From NCBI RefSeq assembly GCF_052425735.1, contig NC_135769.1, forward strand, positions 17,360,001 through 17,424,000: DNA of 64,000 nucleotides. Reading direction: 5' to 3'. The notes below the pieces were generated by a model. It saw only the letters and a program-made list of their open reading frames with translations, was not told the origin of the DNA and made no database searches. The position numbers were made by a program, and so were the translations under genes. This DNA is from Oculina patagonica. Lineage: Eukaryota. Below are positions 1 through 11,803 of this stretch, in pieces. The first letter of the stretch is position 1, and each line of letters begins with the position of its first letter.

Positions 1-41
1 ATTATGTGGCCAATAAAGTCATGAATTAAGAACTGAAATGA

Positions 42-222
42 AATAGGCCATTTCCGAGTTACCCTTTGCCTCTTTTCAAAACGAGTCTACAACCATTCAA
101 ATGAAAATGAGTTTGATTTGCTTGAAAATGGACCTGGAGGTAAAACTCATTTTCATATGAATGGTTTCGCACTTAGACTCGTTTTGAAACAGAGGCGAAG
201 GGTAACTCGGTTATGGCTTATT
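42..222. mobile_element. Small MITE with terminal inverted repeats
   Basis: Left end AATAGGCCATTTCCGAGTTACCCTTTGCCTC is an imperfect reverse complement of the right end GAGGCGAAGGGTAACTCGGTTATGGCTTATT; no coding capacity. Confidence 0.6.
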
Positions 223-812
223 TTAAAGCCTGGTGTCTACATTAGCGATATAACGGCAAGCTCAAGCAAACGCAAAAACAATAACAACCAACACCTGGCG
301 TAGTTTATCAACAGAAATTAATATTGGAAATTATTCGAAATTCAAGTGAATTTTATTAAGTTTAAATCTCTTCTCATTAAACTTATGAACATAAGTTTTT
401 TTAACTAAATATTGGCCACTTTATTATATTGAATTGTCTGTTTTTTTAGCTCCGGTTGTGTTCTTGTGTGGACTTTCAACACGTTGCATTGCAACCATTC
501 AGTTTTCCCGTTTGGGGGGGGGGGGGGGGTCAATTTTGGTGTTAACTCTTTGTTAGCGCTCTCGGAAGTTTTCGATGATGCTCGGAGAATCCGAAGTTTT
601 GCTATGAGATAATGCGCAGTCAGGGAAGTAAAATCAATACCTCTTGTGTTGTTGTAGTTTTAAACCTGTGCACAGTTCACGGATTTGATGTTTCACATAC
701 CGAACGAGAACTTTGTTTACTGTATATCCTTCCGCCAATGACCCCTTCTTTAAACTGATTGGTGAAACCGAGCTAAGCCTTAGTCGTTATAGCGAACATT
801 TGCGAGTTACAC

Positions 813-899
813 GCAACAACACTCTTGGGTGTCCTGTGGTCAACAAGACTCCTGGGATTCCTGTGGCCAACAACACTCTTGGGTTTTCTGTGGCCCAAC
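813..899. repeat. ~27-bp tandem repeat, 3 imperfect copies
   Basis: CAACAACACTCTTGGGTGTCCTGTGGT / CAACAAGACTCCTGGGATTCCTGTGGC / CAACAACACTCTTGGGTTTTCTGTGGC. Confidence 0.7.
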
Positions 900-1975
900 A
901 TTTCAACTGCATGCACGTGTCACAGTAGTTCTGATGTCCAGGTGAGGCGTATGGTTTTATGCAATAGAAGGGTTATTCATGCACCCGAAACGTTTGTTTT
1001 CACAACAATTTATGACACTTTTTGATATTTTGTTTTTACGATATAATCCTCTAAGTTACCTCAAATAGTTAATTACTTGTAGTGTATAGGGAACTGGTGG
1101 CAGACATGCTGTAATTTGCCCGATGATCGATAGTGCTCCCATTTTAATGGTTAAAAACCCTATACTATGATCTGAGTGGGCAATCGCAATTTACTGAGGG
1201 ACATTCCTCAGGGCTTTTCCTCGAAATCAAACCAGTTTTACAAATTAATTGAGATATTTGCGCGTTGTGATTGGTCGACAGGATTGGCTATTGTACAGAA
1301 AAGCAGATAGAAAGCGAGAAAAACACAAATCAAATTTCTTTTATAATACATGGCAGCAGCACTGCGTGGGAGGACAAGCAATTGCTCAATTTCAGTTTAA
1401 TTTATCTTACCTGGGAAATCAGAAGTACATGTAAGACTATTAAAGTGTCAACAGTATTAAGCTTTTACAAACTAATTGGATACACTGATAAAGTGAGATC
1501 AAATTTTAAAAGGGAAATAAATAAAATAAAGTAAAGTTATACTACTTTCTCTTTTAAAGACTAAAAAATGTCAAAAGAGTTCATTACTAAGTAATGTTTG
1601 TACTCCTGTTTATTTTGCCTTGTTGATGAAAACGGAAGTTTTGATTCTGTAATGGACTGTAATGTAAACAAATTGCTAAACTAGGCTCAGCCATTGGACA
1701 TATTATGTTTGGCGCATATCAAAGGAGGTTTCTAGCTAGTTGGTGTAATGTGCAAGGTAAGGCACTTTGTTAATACAAGAATACTTACTCAGCTTTATCA
1801 AACAATTATTCCCCACTTTCTTTGTTTCTTATTGTTGTCTAGTTTGGGGCAAAACTTACAAAAACAGCGTTAAATAAATGTTACAAAAGAAAGCCATTTG
1901 TCTAATAATGTTTATTCTCTCAACTTGATGCTCACACTAATGTTGTCATCGCCCAGTTCTAATAAGTAAACCCTC

Positions 1976-2198
1976 AAGGACCCTGGTCAGCCATTGTTTT
2001 TGTTTTACATACGGGAATTTCGGTACTATATTTTTCGCGGAGCGTGTCTAAACGAAAGAGATCACTGTGAAACTGCTAAATTTTATTAAACAGACTTCCA
2101 GTAACACAACTTACAGCAATGCAACAAGGTTTTGCTTCGCCGGACAATTTTTATAATTTCGATGGCATCGAAAATGGCGGAGGGTGACAAGGGTCCTT
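1976..2198. mobile_element. ~220-bp MITE (also at 10748..10970 and in unit 3)
   Basis: TIRs AAGGACCCTGGTCA ... TGACAAGGGTCCTT; absent from the homologous position of unit 4 (~25800). Confidence 0.6.
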
Positions 2199-2276
2199 TC
2201 CAGGGGGGGATACAGGGGGGGGGGGGGGGGGGGATACCCCCCCCCTTTTTTAAAAAAAAAAAAAATATATATATCT

Positions 2277-2317
<41 letters not shown>

Positions 2318-2487
2318 TCTTTTTTTTTTTTTTTTCCCTTCCCCCCCCCTCCCCGTTGGTTGGTTGGCCCCCCCATCCCCCCCCCCCCCCCCCCCCTTTA
2401 CCCCCCGCCCCCCCCCCTTTCACGATCTCATTTGACTCTAAATCTTTTATGTTATGCATCATCGACTTTCGATTTGGTAGTCTTCTA

Positions 2488-2489
<2 letters not shown>

Positions 2490-2527
<38 letters not shown>

Positions 2528-3000
2528 ATGCTTTAGAAGACTTACACTACAGTACATTACATTTGTTTAACCCTACATATATTACATTGCACAGTACATT
2601 ATATTATGTTACACAAACATACTACAATACTTACGTTATACGTTACAAAAGTAATTACGGTACATGTTAAACACCTAATTTCCAAAAAACTTAATAATCT
2701 TATACATTATATTACAGAGAGTTGATAATTGGCTTCCACTTTTCAACGTGAGTTTTCAGTTTGTTATTTTTTAGGGCAATGGATCGCTCAATTGATTCAA
2801 TGTATTTTATTTTTATGATAACATGTGGTAAAAGGGGTAGAATATTCTTGAGCCGGTTAGAGTAAATGACCTGTTTACCAATAATAATAATATGATTTAG
2901 AAGGGTCCAATTGAGATTCTTTTGAGCTAGGCCCAAAATGATATCGTAATCATTTAAAAAGTCAATATTTATGTCTATGGATTTTAGCCAAAGAATAGTA
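2490..3000 (-). mobile_element. 5'-truncated non-LTR retrotransposon (Tx1/L1-like ORF2 C-terminus) with poly(A) tail
   Basis: Poly(T) at 2490..2521; 13-bp TSD GTAGTCTTCTACA at 2477..2489 and 3001..3013; ORF remnant 2712..2936 (LNHIIIIGKQVIY...IERSIALKNNKLKTHVEKW); empty site in unit 3 at ~20110. Confidence 0.85.
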
Positions 3001-3740
3001 GTAGTCTTCTACATGTTCTAGGGATTTTCGAATCCTTTACATCTAGGTCTAATTTTCGCACAGATTATGGTTAAGTCAATATTGAGCGGATTTATTGGAC
3101 GAAAATTTTGGAATGAAATGGACACTAGGCTACCAACATATTCTGTAATATTTTATTTTGCCTTCCTGTATTTTTTAGTACAATAGTCTGTTGTATTTAC
3201 AAACCTCTCAAAGTTCTGATATGTAAACTTTTACTTAGCTTTTTTATTCTATTGTCTCTCTTAGTTATAGCTCTCAGAGTTATTTTAGATGTCCAGTTTC
3301 CATTTTCTAGTTTAGATAAAAAATGTTGTAAATAATCATATTTTAATTCATGTTACAAATAATTGGTTGTTGTTGCATGTTGTTGTTGCTGCTGACCACT
3401 CTGAAAATAACATTTTCCCACGATCTGCAATTGAAGGAGCGAAAAAAATTGAAGATATAATCGAAACTCACAAAAAAATAGTGACAAAGGAATACAATAT
3501 TAGAACAATTTTTTGCTTTCACTAACAACTTGTTCTTGAAAACCTTATTTACAAGGAAATTCGACCACAAATCGACCGAGGCAAACACAGACCTTCTTTT
3601 CCGTCTTTAGAGTCTTTGAGAGCGCAAGCATGGCAAAAACCGTGTTCAAAATTTTAAGTTCAAATGGATGTCAAAAAGGATGTTGGGACAATACTACAAA
3701 AGCTACACGAGACCTCAAACTTCTTTCATCTTCCTACATT

Positions 3741-4958
3741 TCAATCATCCTCAATGTGGTCGTTACAGTCAGCATAAGGAACAGCGCCAAACTCCTGGGC
3801 TGGTCGGAACAACTTTGTAGATCTCCACCAGTCCTCTAAATTATACCTCTCTAACAGTTCATATAAATTCTTCCAGAAAATATATATCATATCATCAGCA
3901 ACTAGAATTGGTCTGTCATAATCTCTGGCTTCTTTCCTGCTTGGTCTACATTTTGCGGACCATGGCTTAGGTGGATGGTAGCGTGGACCACCGGCAAAAT
4001 GGAAAGAGTTCAGGGGTCTGTAGATAATGAGTCTGATGTTGAATGAAAAGGGTAGTGCCTTCCAGTTACCAGCATCAGCATAATAATGCCACAGCAAAAC
4101 TTGATCATCAGGACAAGTATCTATTTTTGTTGTTTCCAGCCACAGGTCCATAATTTCCTGGTAGTACTTGGTGTCTGGTCTGAAAACCAGGAGTCCTGCA
4201 TTGAAGCATGGATCCACTATTCCTGGTCGGGCACAAGGTGCAGCAGCAAAGTCGTCTGGAATGTCGAACAGTCGATCAATGTTTGTCATCAATATGTAAT
4301 CAGCATCAACATAAATGATTTTGGAAAATTCTGTGTAGTTCCAGGCGTGGAATCGAGTGTGTGTTCCCTTTATTCTGTATCCAAGTGGCTTCCCAAGCCA
4401 CCCACTGTTGCGGTCACCACCCAATTTAGCATCCAGCCAGTTACAGTCCATTTCTTCAACCAAACGAGTGTTCCAACCAACGCTTTGAAGCGCTTTCCGT
4501 GTAGCCTCGCTCACTGTTTCCGAAATTAACGCGATCATGTTCTTCTGGCAAGAAAACGTGCGTATTGAGTGACCAAGAACCAACGCAGCGGAAGCAAAAT
4601 TCTCGTCGACCACGATGGTCAGCCATGTAACGTCGCTTCTAGATTTCACGTTCTCTTTGCACCAATCTTGGCCAAAACGACTTTCAATTTGATACATTCT
4701 CCATTCCTTGTGAGCCAACTCCATTTTGCTCTCCTCACGCCTCTGCTCATAATTCGTAGCTTCTGAAATAATCAACCTCGTGTATCTAAAGAAATACGCA
4801 AGAATGAGCGGTCTCCACACAACGAGAAAAATCACCACAGTTAAGATCGGAATGAGTGTTATGGCGAAGATTGTTCGACGGGTTCCTTTCTTTCTTGTTC
4901 GTACATTCTCCATAGTTTGGTGTGATTCGGATTGTTTACTTGACGAAGAACGTAACAT
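3741..4958 (-). CDS. GT8-family (glycogenin-like) glycosyltransferase, type II membrane protein, copy 1 (405 aa, intronless)
   Basis: Basic N-terminal tail + hydrophobic anchor (IFAITLIPILTVVIFLVVW); GT8 motifs ALVLGHSIR, HAWNYTEFSKIIYVDAD (DxD), FNAGLLVFRP, DDQ, HFAGG...KPW. Confidence 0.9.
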   Translation of the reverse strand: MLRSSSSKQSESHQTMENVRTRKKGTRRTIFAITLIPILTVVIFLVVWRPLILAYFFRYTRLIISEATNYEQRREESKMELAHKEWRMYQIESRFGQDWCKENVKSRSDVTWLTIVVDENFASAALVLGHSIRTFSCQKNMIALISETVSEATRKALQSVGWNTRLVEEMDCNWLDAKLGGDRNSGWLGKPLGYRIKGTHTRFHAWNYTEFSKIIYVDADYILMTNIDRLFDIPDDFAAAPCARPGIVDPCFNAGLLVFRPDTKYYQEIMDLWLETTKIDTCPDDQVLLWHYYADAGNWKALPFSFNIRLIIYRPLNSFHFAGGPRYHPPKPWSAKCRPSRKEARDYDRPILVADDMIYIFWKNLYELLERYNLEDWWRSTKLFRPAQEFGAVPYADCNDHIEDD

Positions 4959-5618
4959 TTTTCAACGAATATCTCAATGACGCAGGTTTATTTTTTTTTG
5001 GCGGAATCCACTAGCGTTGCGCACCATCGATCAGTCAGTCGTGTGCATCAGTCCGAGACATTCCTTCTTTTTCAAACTTTCTTCTCTTTTAAATATTTTA
5101 AGGTTCGTTGAAAGCGTAATCAAACACTGTAGGAAAACAAGAAATGGCACTAGCAACGTTTTAGGAAGTCTTTAATGATTTACGTAAATTAAAATTTTCA
5201 ATTAAAAGTTTGTTCGCTGGTGAGAGTGGCGTGATCTTACTGCTCTGACGTCATATCCGTTTTTACACTAAGTAACAAAATACAATGCTTATTGTTCAAA
5301 TGGCCAGCTTTTTCATGAGAAAGTTTTGCACAAGATTTCACAGTTTTTATATAAATTCTGATACAACATAAATTTTAGCCAATCAGAGCGTGCGCAAAAC
5401 TAAATCGTGAGAGAAATTATCACTTCCCGCGAAATCCCCACGAATTAGTGCCCAGGACTACTCGGAGTTCGCATTGTGGGAAGAACGTGAATTTGCACAT
5501 GTCTGTGATGTTTACAACGAGAACCTATTATCACCTGATTTTTCCTTGCTTACTCATGGAAAACTTATTGACCTACAACTTCCGGACTCGATACGTTGGA
5601 ACTTAAGTCGTATACGGA
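4959..5618. promoter_or_regulatory. Putative bidirectional promoter, unit 1 (duplicate at 13779..14438)
   Basis: 660 bp between divergent ATGs; contains TGACGTCA (5246..5253), AGCCAATCAG and CTACAACTTCCGG. Function is inferred. Confidence 0.55.
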
Positions 5619-5947
5619 ATGGAGCTATACGAGAGAATGCAAGAACGTACACATCGCGAGTATCATAAGGATCCGCGCCGGGATATTTTCGCGAATGGCG
5701 CCTTTCATGATGGCATTTCGACGGCCGCAGACAGTGACGAAAATTTGGCGCACAAAAAGGGTCTCAAAGAGCACAGTAGCGTTTATACGTTTGTATGGAC
5801 GTTGCTGTTTGCGGTTGTTTTAATTGTGGAGAACATTTTTCACTTTAAACTCTTCGAAAACTGCCAAGCGTCTATCGTTTTCTACTGGTTGGAAAGTTGT
5901 GTTATTGCTCTGTTCTTCAGATTTTGGGGAAGAAAACGAGTTCGAAG
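5619..5947 (+). other. Orphan duplicate of exon 1 of the SLC35-like transporter gene (partial gene or alternative first exon)
   Basis: Near-identical to 28492..28823; open frame from ATG to an intact donor AG|GTACGT, phase 2 (329 nt); no downstream exons within the unit. Confidence 0.75.
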
Positions 5948-6649
5948 GTACGTGAAATATAAGCTTAAAGTTCTTGGATATTATTAGGGAAAGAGGGAAG
6001 ACCTTCACTGTAGAAAACCCTGCCACCTGGAAGACTTGACCGAAAATTACGCTGCTTTAGAAGAGCAAGCTTAATAACAATTGAATCATCGGGCAATATT
6101 TCTCGTATTTTATGTATTATTTATGAAGAATAACAAATCTCTAACGCCTGGTTCACATTTAATAACGGCAGAACGGCAAGGTCACGCAAACGCCAAACAA
6201 CACAACAGGCGTAGTAATTAATCAATAGAAATCGATATCGAAAATCATTCGATACAATTCGATAGCACTCGATATTGATTAATAACAATCGAACTTACAG
6301 AAAAAATATTATTGATTTTTATCCATTAGCAATAATCCACAATTCATCTTGCCGGGTACACATGTAGTCGATGACAGTTTGGAGTCATGTTGTTTTAAGT
6401 ATATGACTATTTTTATGGACTGAAGATGTCATTATTGCTATTATTTGATATGAATGTAGGTCATTTTGCCCTCAAGATGATAAGCCCTTAACTTGGTCAG
6501 ACTGATATAATTGCAGGATAATGCCCCAGTAATGCCCCAGGCCGACAGATTGTCCAAAAAATTGAACAGTTGGCAGAGAGGCGATGCTTCGAAGGCAACT
6601 GAAATTTGGAGGAAAATCTTTTAACCAAGGGCAGCAAGGGCCTTATCCT

Positions 6650-7230
6650 CCAGCATATCAGCCATAAAAGGGGTTTGTTTAATTTTTTACACCTCTGATT
6701 AACTTCTACAACATGTTTACCAGAACAATATTTCATTATTGTCCAAAGTCCAATATTCATGCTTTTTACCCTCTGATAACCGTTACATACTCTCACGTCA
6801 AACACATCATGCGGACAAAATTGGGCAACATTATTAGGCAGCATGCCCCAGCATTATTCCCCAACATATCAGCAAACCAGAAATTTGTTTATCTTAAACA
6901 CCTTTGATTAATTTCTGCGACAAATATTCAGCGTCCAAGAGCCAATATAATTGTCACTAACACTCACGTCAAATACATCATGCGATACGAAATTAGACAA
7001 TTAATATCAAGCAGCACGCCCCATCATTATCCTTCAGCAAATCAGCAAGCCAGAAAGTGGTTTGTTTATTTAATACACCTGTGATTAATTTCTACGACAT
7101 GTTTAATAGACAATAAGGCCAAAGGCCAATATATTTGTGCTTTTAACCGAACGATTATTATTGTTACAAACTCTTACGTCAAACACATCATGCATTACAG
7201 ATTGGACAATGAATATCAGGAAGCACACCC
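6650..7230. repeat. Imperfect tandem repeat of ~175-210 bp, about 3 copies (also in units 2 and 4)
   Basis: Recurrent ATCAGC...TTTGTTTA...ACACC..TGATTAA...CTCACGTCAAACACATCATGC blocks at ~6655, ~6865 and ~7040. Confidence 0.6.
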
Positions 7231-7573
7231 CATCTGATTTGACATCTTGTTCAATTTCATAGAAGAGAACAAAAACAATCATGGTTATGATTTAAGGCCT
7301 ATTTTTTTTAATCAAATCATGGTTAATGGCATGTCAAGAAATCTTTCAAGATTCAAAAAATCTACCAAAATATCCTTTTAAAGGATCTTTGGTAGGGGCT
7401 TGAAGATCTTGAACAGTCCTTCTCAAACTCATTAATACCATCATCAAATTAAAACAAAGAAAATCATAACCGTTAAGGAGATTTGGATACCCAGTCTTTA
7501 TTGGCATAGATTTTTACGATTTTATTTTTCCATTTACTCCATAGTTTTGGTTTTGATTGAGAAGATATATTAA

Positions 7574-8193
7574 GATGGAATCCACTAGGAAGTCGAGTAA
7601 TATTTATAAAAGTTGGACAAAAATCAAGTACCAGAATAATTTAAATCCTATTGCGTTATTTCCTACCCTTAATAAAAGATAAAGATGTAAGTAATTATCC
7701 GTGATATACACCAACAACAATTTCTTATCAGAGTCTGAGAAAATGAATTTCAAAGTTCACAAGGTATAGCCAAAATCTCACGTGTAGCCATTTTGGAAAT
7801 TCGTCTTAAGCGATTCAGTGGAATTCAGCGGAACTTCGAAATTTGTTTTCGATGTTTGGTGTTGTTAGAAAAGATTTCTTTTGATAAGATATTTGAAGCA
7901 GTAACAAAAAATTTTGCAATAAGGTGGAAATAATTCTGGTACAACAATTTCTTATCAGAGTCTGAGAAAATGATATTCAAAGTTCACAAGCTATGGGCAA
8001 AAGCTCACATCTTTTAAGCAATTCATGGGAATTCAGTGGAACTTTGAAATTAGTTTTCGATGTTTGGTGTTGTAGAAAAGATTTCTTTCGATAAGATATT
8101 TGAAGCAGTAACACAAAAGCTTGCAATCAGGTGTAAATAGTTTTGGTACATAATTTTGTCCAATAACTACTCGAAGTCCTGGCGGATTTCCTC
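7574..8193. mobile_element. TTAA-flanked non-autonomous DNA transposon (Kolobok/piggyBac-type) with an internal ~230-bp direct repeat; copies at ~16394..17013 and ~31795..32418
   Basis: TTAA-GATGGAATCCACTAGGAAGTCGAGTA ... TACTCGAAGTCCTGGCGGATTTCCTC-TTAA (imperfect TIR); ACAACAATTTCTTATCAGAGTCTGAG occurs twice inside. Confidence 0.6.
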
Positions 8194-8402
8194 TTAAACA
8201 CTCAAGACAATGTTTCATCGGCTATCCAAAAACCTCTAATTTCATCAAAAAATACTCCGCTGCGCGTCATATTTTCAACTCTCTTCTTGGTGTTTGGATA
8301 TCCTGATAAAACACTGTCTCACCACAGTCACAAATAAATAGGGTGGCCCGCCAACACCAACGGTATTTGCATATCATCACTAACCGTTAGTTGGCTTTAA
8401 TC

Positions 8403-8893
8403 TAGGGTTGCAACGATACATTTTCTCACAATACGATACGTACCTCGATACAAGTGCCACGATACGATACACGATACGATACAACATTACATAAAACTGA
8501 CAAGTGTTATAATTTTACTAATTTCTGTTGGTAACTCAGTTTTTTCCACTGTATCAGCAGCGAAACTTATTTGCAAAGTGAATTTTTCAGGAACCGCATG
8601 TTTTTGCTTGTGGGCACACAAGGCTGTGTCAGTCGACAACTAATTGTCGCATCTTTAAAGAATATATGATCGGAAGTGAAGCAGAATGGAACTTCCTTGT
8701 CCCACAGGTTAACAAATCGCTATTGAGGGCTTTGACTTGGGTTAAAAAACAGTAAAAACAGTAATTTCTGAAAGTTGCTGAAGAATATTTTATTGTTTCA
8801 CGATACTGCGATATTTTGTTCAAATACCGATATTCGTATCTTGACAAAAAATATCGCGATTCACCGGTGCACCGGTGTATCGTTGCAGCCCTA
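8403..8893. mobile_element. hAT-type MITE (491 bp)
   Basis: TIR TAGGGTTGCAACGATACA / TGTATCGTTGCAGCCCTA; 8-bp TSD CTTTAATC on both sides; subterminal CGATAC repeats. Confidence 0.85.
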
Positions 8894-9699
8894 CTTTAAT
8901 CTCAGGAGGACTGGTATGCAGTTGGAAATACCAAGTTTTAATTTGGAATGGGAAGGTTGTCTGATACACCCAAAGTGAGACGATTTGACTATAGCACTTA
9001 TAATTAACAAATTGACTTGAATCAATCAAATTGTCAAAACTTTTCTGCCTTGATGTTGACCTGTTATTCTAGAATTCAATTTCCGCAACAGTTAGAAAAC
9101 ATAGGGGATCCACAATAAGTTCTACAGGATCCAAGATTTGACTTATTTGAAGGCCAAGATTCAGGATTTTTGATGGAAAAGGGAGCGAGATTTGGGGTTG
9201 AAATAATGAACTGGACACATGAATTGGCGATTTTACAAGGCGAGATTCAGGACTCCAGTGACAAAAAATAATGTGGTTGCATAGAAAATCAAGTTGTGAT
9301 CTTCGTGAACACCGCAAAAAGCTGCACAAAGCATTTATTATGACTTACATGAGTTACCTGTATTTCCATGTGTGCCAGTTACATGGGAAAAAAGAAATAA
9401 GCTTACAGCTTATTGTCGGTGACCAAAGACTTCAAGACCAGTGCCGAGTGCAACACCCACTGCAAGTCTTTTTATCCCCGGGGGGGGGGGGGGGGCACTC
9501 AACAAAGTTTTGTATGGGGAGGAGGCTCCGCCCCGAGGTCCAACCCCTTACTCTTTTATGTACCATTTTGACAGAAAAGGTACCCCTTTCATAAACCTTT
9601 TTTTTTTTAAAAAGGTATCCTTTTCATATACCTACATGATATTACTTATACCTAAAACAGGAAGTCTTCCTGTCAATTTTATGTAGCACTTAAAAAATT

Positions 9700-10498
9700 T
9701 GTTATTTTGATTTTCCTAAGCGAAGGAATAGTTCCAACGCTGTGGCATGCCATTTATGATATTAAAACCAAAAAGTTTCGGAACTCTATAGGTTTTAATA
9801 TTTCGGCTTTTACTGTTCATGTAAGTAACGGATATGAAGACTGCAGAAACAACGATTCCAATGAACTGCCGAGTGAACAGCCAAACATGTGCATAAGCAC
9901 GTGAAAGGTCTGAACAAACAGACTGAGCAGACGAAGGTCGAAAGTGCAGAAAACCATCCATAAGACTGACTGACTAGAGGGTTTACTGACTAGATGGTAA
10001 AGAAAAAAGTCCTAATAGTTATGTTTGTGCAAGTAACCGACGCAATGAGTGGCTATGCTGGTTTACTTAGTAGTGATTTGTTGTCCCTATTTAATTTTAT
10101 CGTTTAGGTAAATTACCATTGTTAGTTTATAATAGTGAGCTCACTAATAAGTTTTCCTGGATCGGAGTAGATTGTCATGAAAGCTCAGAAAGTCTGCCAT
10201 TCTCGTCAGGGGCACAGTGACAGACCCCTTAGAGAGATCATTATTTCGCGAAGAGTAAGCTAGAAAAAAAAGGGGGTAAGCGCGCGCGGGAAGACGTTAC
10301 ATTGATCTTTTATCCGTATTGTAACGTATCGATAAACTAAAAGCCAAATCAGGGTAAATCTCTCTAAACCACGTTTCAAACTGTGGTACCACAGCTGGCC
10401 CTACGTGGCTGAGCTAACTGTTTACAATCTATACCGATGAAACGTTTACAAAAAGTTCAAAACCCTAACCCTAACCCTAACCCTAACCCTAACCCTAA
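9700..10498. other. Duplication-junction filler (~800 bp) ending in (CCCTAA)6
   Basis: Homology to the parental unit-4 sequence stops at TAAAAAATT (9699 vs 33930); the filler is absent there; telomeric hexamers at 10463..10498 abut the start of the next unit. Confidence 0.85.
10463..10498 (-). repeat. Interstitial telomeric repeat (TTAGGG)6
   Basis: Six perfect CCCTAA units; a second identical tract at 19285..19320. Confidence 0.95.
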
Positions 10499-10972
10499 GG
10501 TTTCTAGCTAGTTGGTGTAATGTGCAAGGTAAGGCACTTTGTTAATACAAGAATACTTACTCAGCTTTATCAAACAATTATTCCCCACTTTCTTTGTTTC
10601 TTATTGTTGTCTAGTTTGGGGCAAAACTTACAAAAACAGCGTTAAATAAATGTTACAAAAGAAAGCCATTTGTCTAATAATGTTTATTCTCTCAACTTGA
10701 TGCTCACACTAATGTTGTCATCGCCCAGTTCTAATAAGTAAACCCTCAAGGACCCTGGTCAGCCATTGTTTTTGTTTTACATACGGGAATTTCGGTACTA
10801 TATTTTTCGCGGAGCGTGTCTAAACGAAAGAGATCACTGTGAAACTGCTAAATTTTATTAAACAGACTTCCAGTAACACAACTTACAGCAATGCAACAAG
10901 GTTTTGCTTCGCCGGACAATTTTTATAATTTCGATGGCATCGAAAATGGCGGAGGGTGACAAGGGTCCTTTC

Positions 10973-11221
10973 CAGGGGCGGATACAGGGGGGGTGGATAG
11001 GGTGGATATCCACCCCCCATTTTTCAGTAAAAAAAAATTCGAAATGTCACTTTATTTGAAATAGAAAATAAATAAATAAAGAAAAATTAACTCTCGCTCA
11101 TGCTGGTTGTTGTTACGCCACGTTTCGCCGTCTGCCGCCACTTAGGGTTAGGGTTAGGGTTAGGCCCTAATGGTCTGCCATCCACCCCCCCCCCCCTTTT
11201 GAAATCCTGGATCCGCCCCTG
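10973..11221. mobile_element. MITE with CAGGGGCGGAT termini, 5-bp TSD and internal TTAGGG repeats (copies at 19795..20048 and, corrupted, ~2201..2420)
   Basis: CAGGGGCGGATACAGG ... CCTGGATCCGCCCCTG flanked by CTTTC on both sides. Confidence 0.75.
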
Positions 11222-11292
11222 CTTTCACGATCTCATTTGACTCTAAATCTTTTATGTTATGCATCATCGACTTTCGATTTGGTAGTCTTCTA

Positions 11293-11294
<2 letters not shown>

Positions 11295-11330
<36 letters not shown>

Positions 11331-11803
11331 ATGCTTTAGAAGACTTACACTACAGTACATTACATTTGTTTAACCCTACATATATTACATTGCACAGTAC
11401 ATTATATTATGTTACACAAACATACTACAATACTTACGTTATACGTTACAAAAGTAATTACGGTACATGTTAAACACCTAATTTCCAAAAAACTTAATAA
11501 TCTTATACATTATATTACAGAGAGTTGATAATTGGCTTCCACTTTTCAACGTGAGTTTTCAGTTTGTTATTTTTTAGGGCAATGGATCGCTCAATTGATT
11601 CAATGTATTTTATTTTTATGATAACATGTGGTAAAAGGGGTAGAATATTCTTGAGCCGGTTAGAGTAAATGACCTGTTTACCAATAATAATAATATGATT
11701 TAGAAGGGTCCAATTGAGATTCTTTTGAGCTAGGCCGAAAATGATATCGTAATCATTTAAAAAGTCAATATTTATGTCTATGGATTTTAGCCAAAGAATA
11801 GTA
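11295..11803 (-). mobile_element. Duplicate of the 5'-truncated Tx1/L1-like insertion
   Basis: Poly(T), TSD GTAGTCTTCTACA at 11282..11294 and 11804..11816; near-identical to 2490..3000. Confidence 0.85.

Larger units (their letters stand above)
1727..10498. repeat. Tandem segmental duplication unit 1 (~8.8 kb)
   Basis: Near-identical to 10499..19320; ORFs recur at an 8820-bp offset (3741 to 12561, 5619 to 14439). The unit starts at GGTTTCTAGCTAGTTGG. Confidence 0.95.

Noticed and set aside
813-899. CRISPR-like repeats
   Set aside because: Contiguous tandem repeats without unique spacers, in a eukaryotic context with no cas genes.
2184-2462. Low-complexity poly-G/K/F/P ORFs on both strands
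   Set aside because: The region is a homopolymer-corrupted version of the MITE read cleanly at 10973..11221 and 19795..20048; most likely a sequencing or consensus error, not coding.
4086-4980. Plus-strand ORFs (147, 65, 66 aa) repeated in each unit
   Set aside because: Antisense shadows of the GT8 CDS; they recur only because of the duplication and are broken in copies 3 and 4.
5619-5987. 122-aa ORF as a standalone small membrane protein
   Set aside because: The frame runs through a strong donor at 5947/5948 into intron sequence; the homologous copy splices to four further exons.
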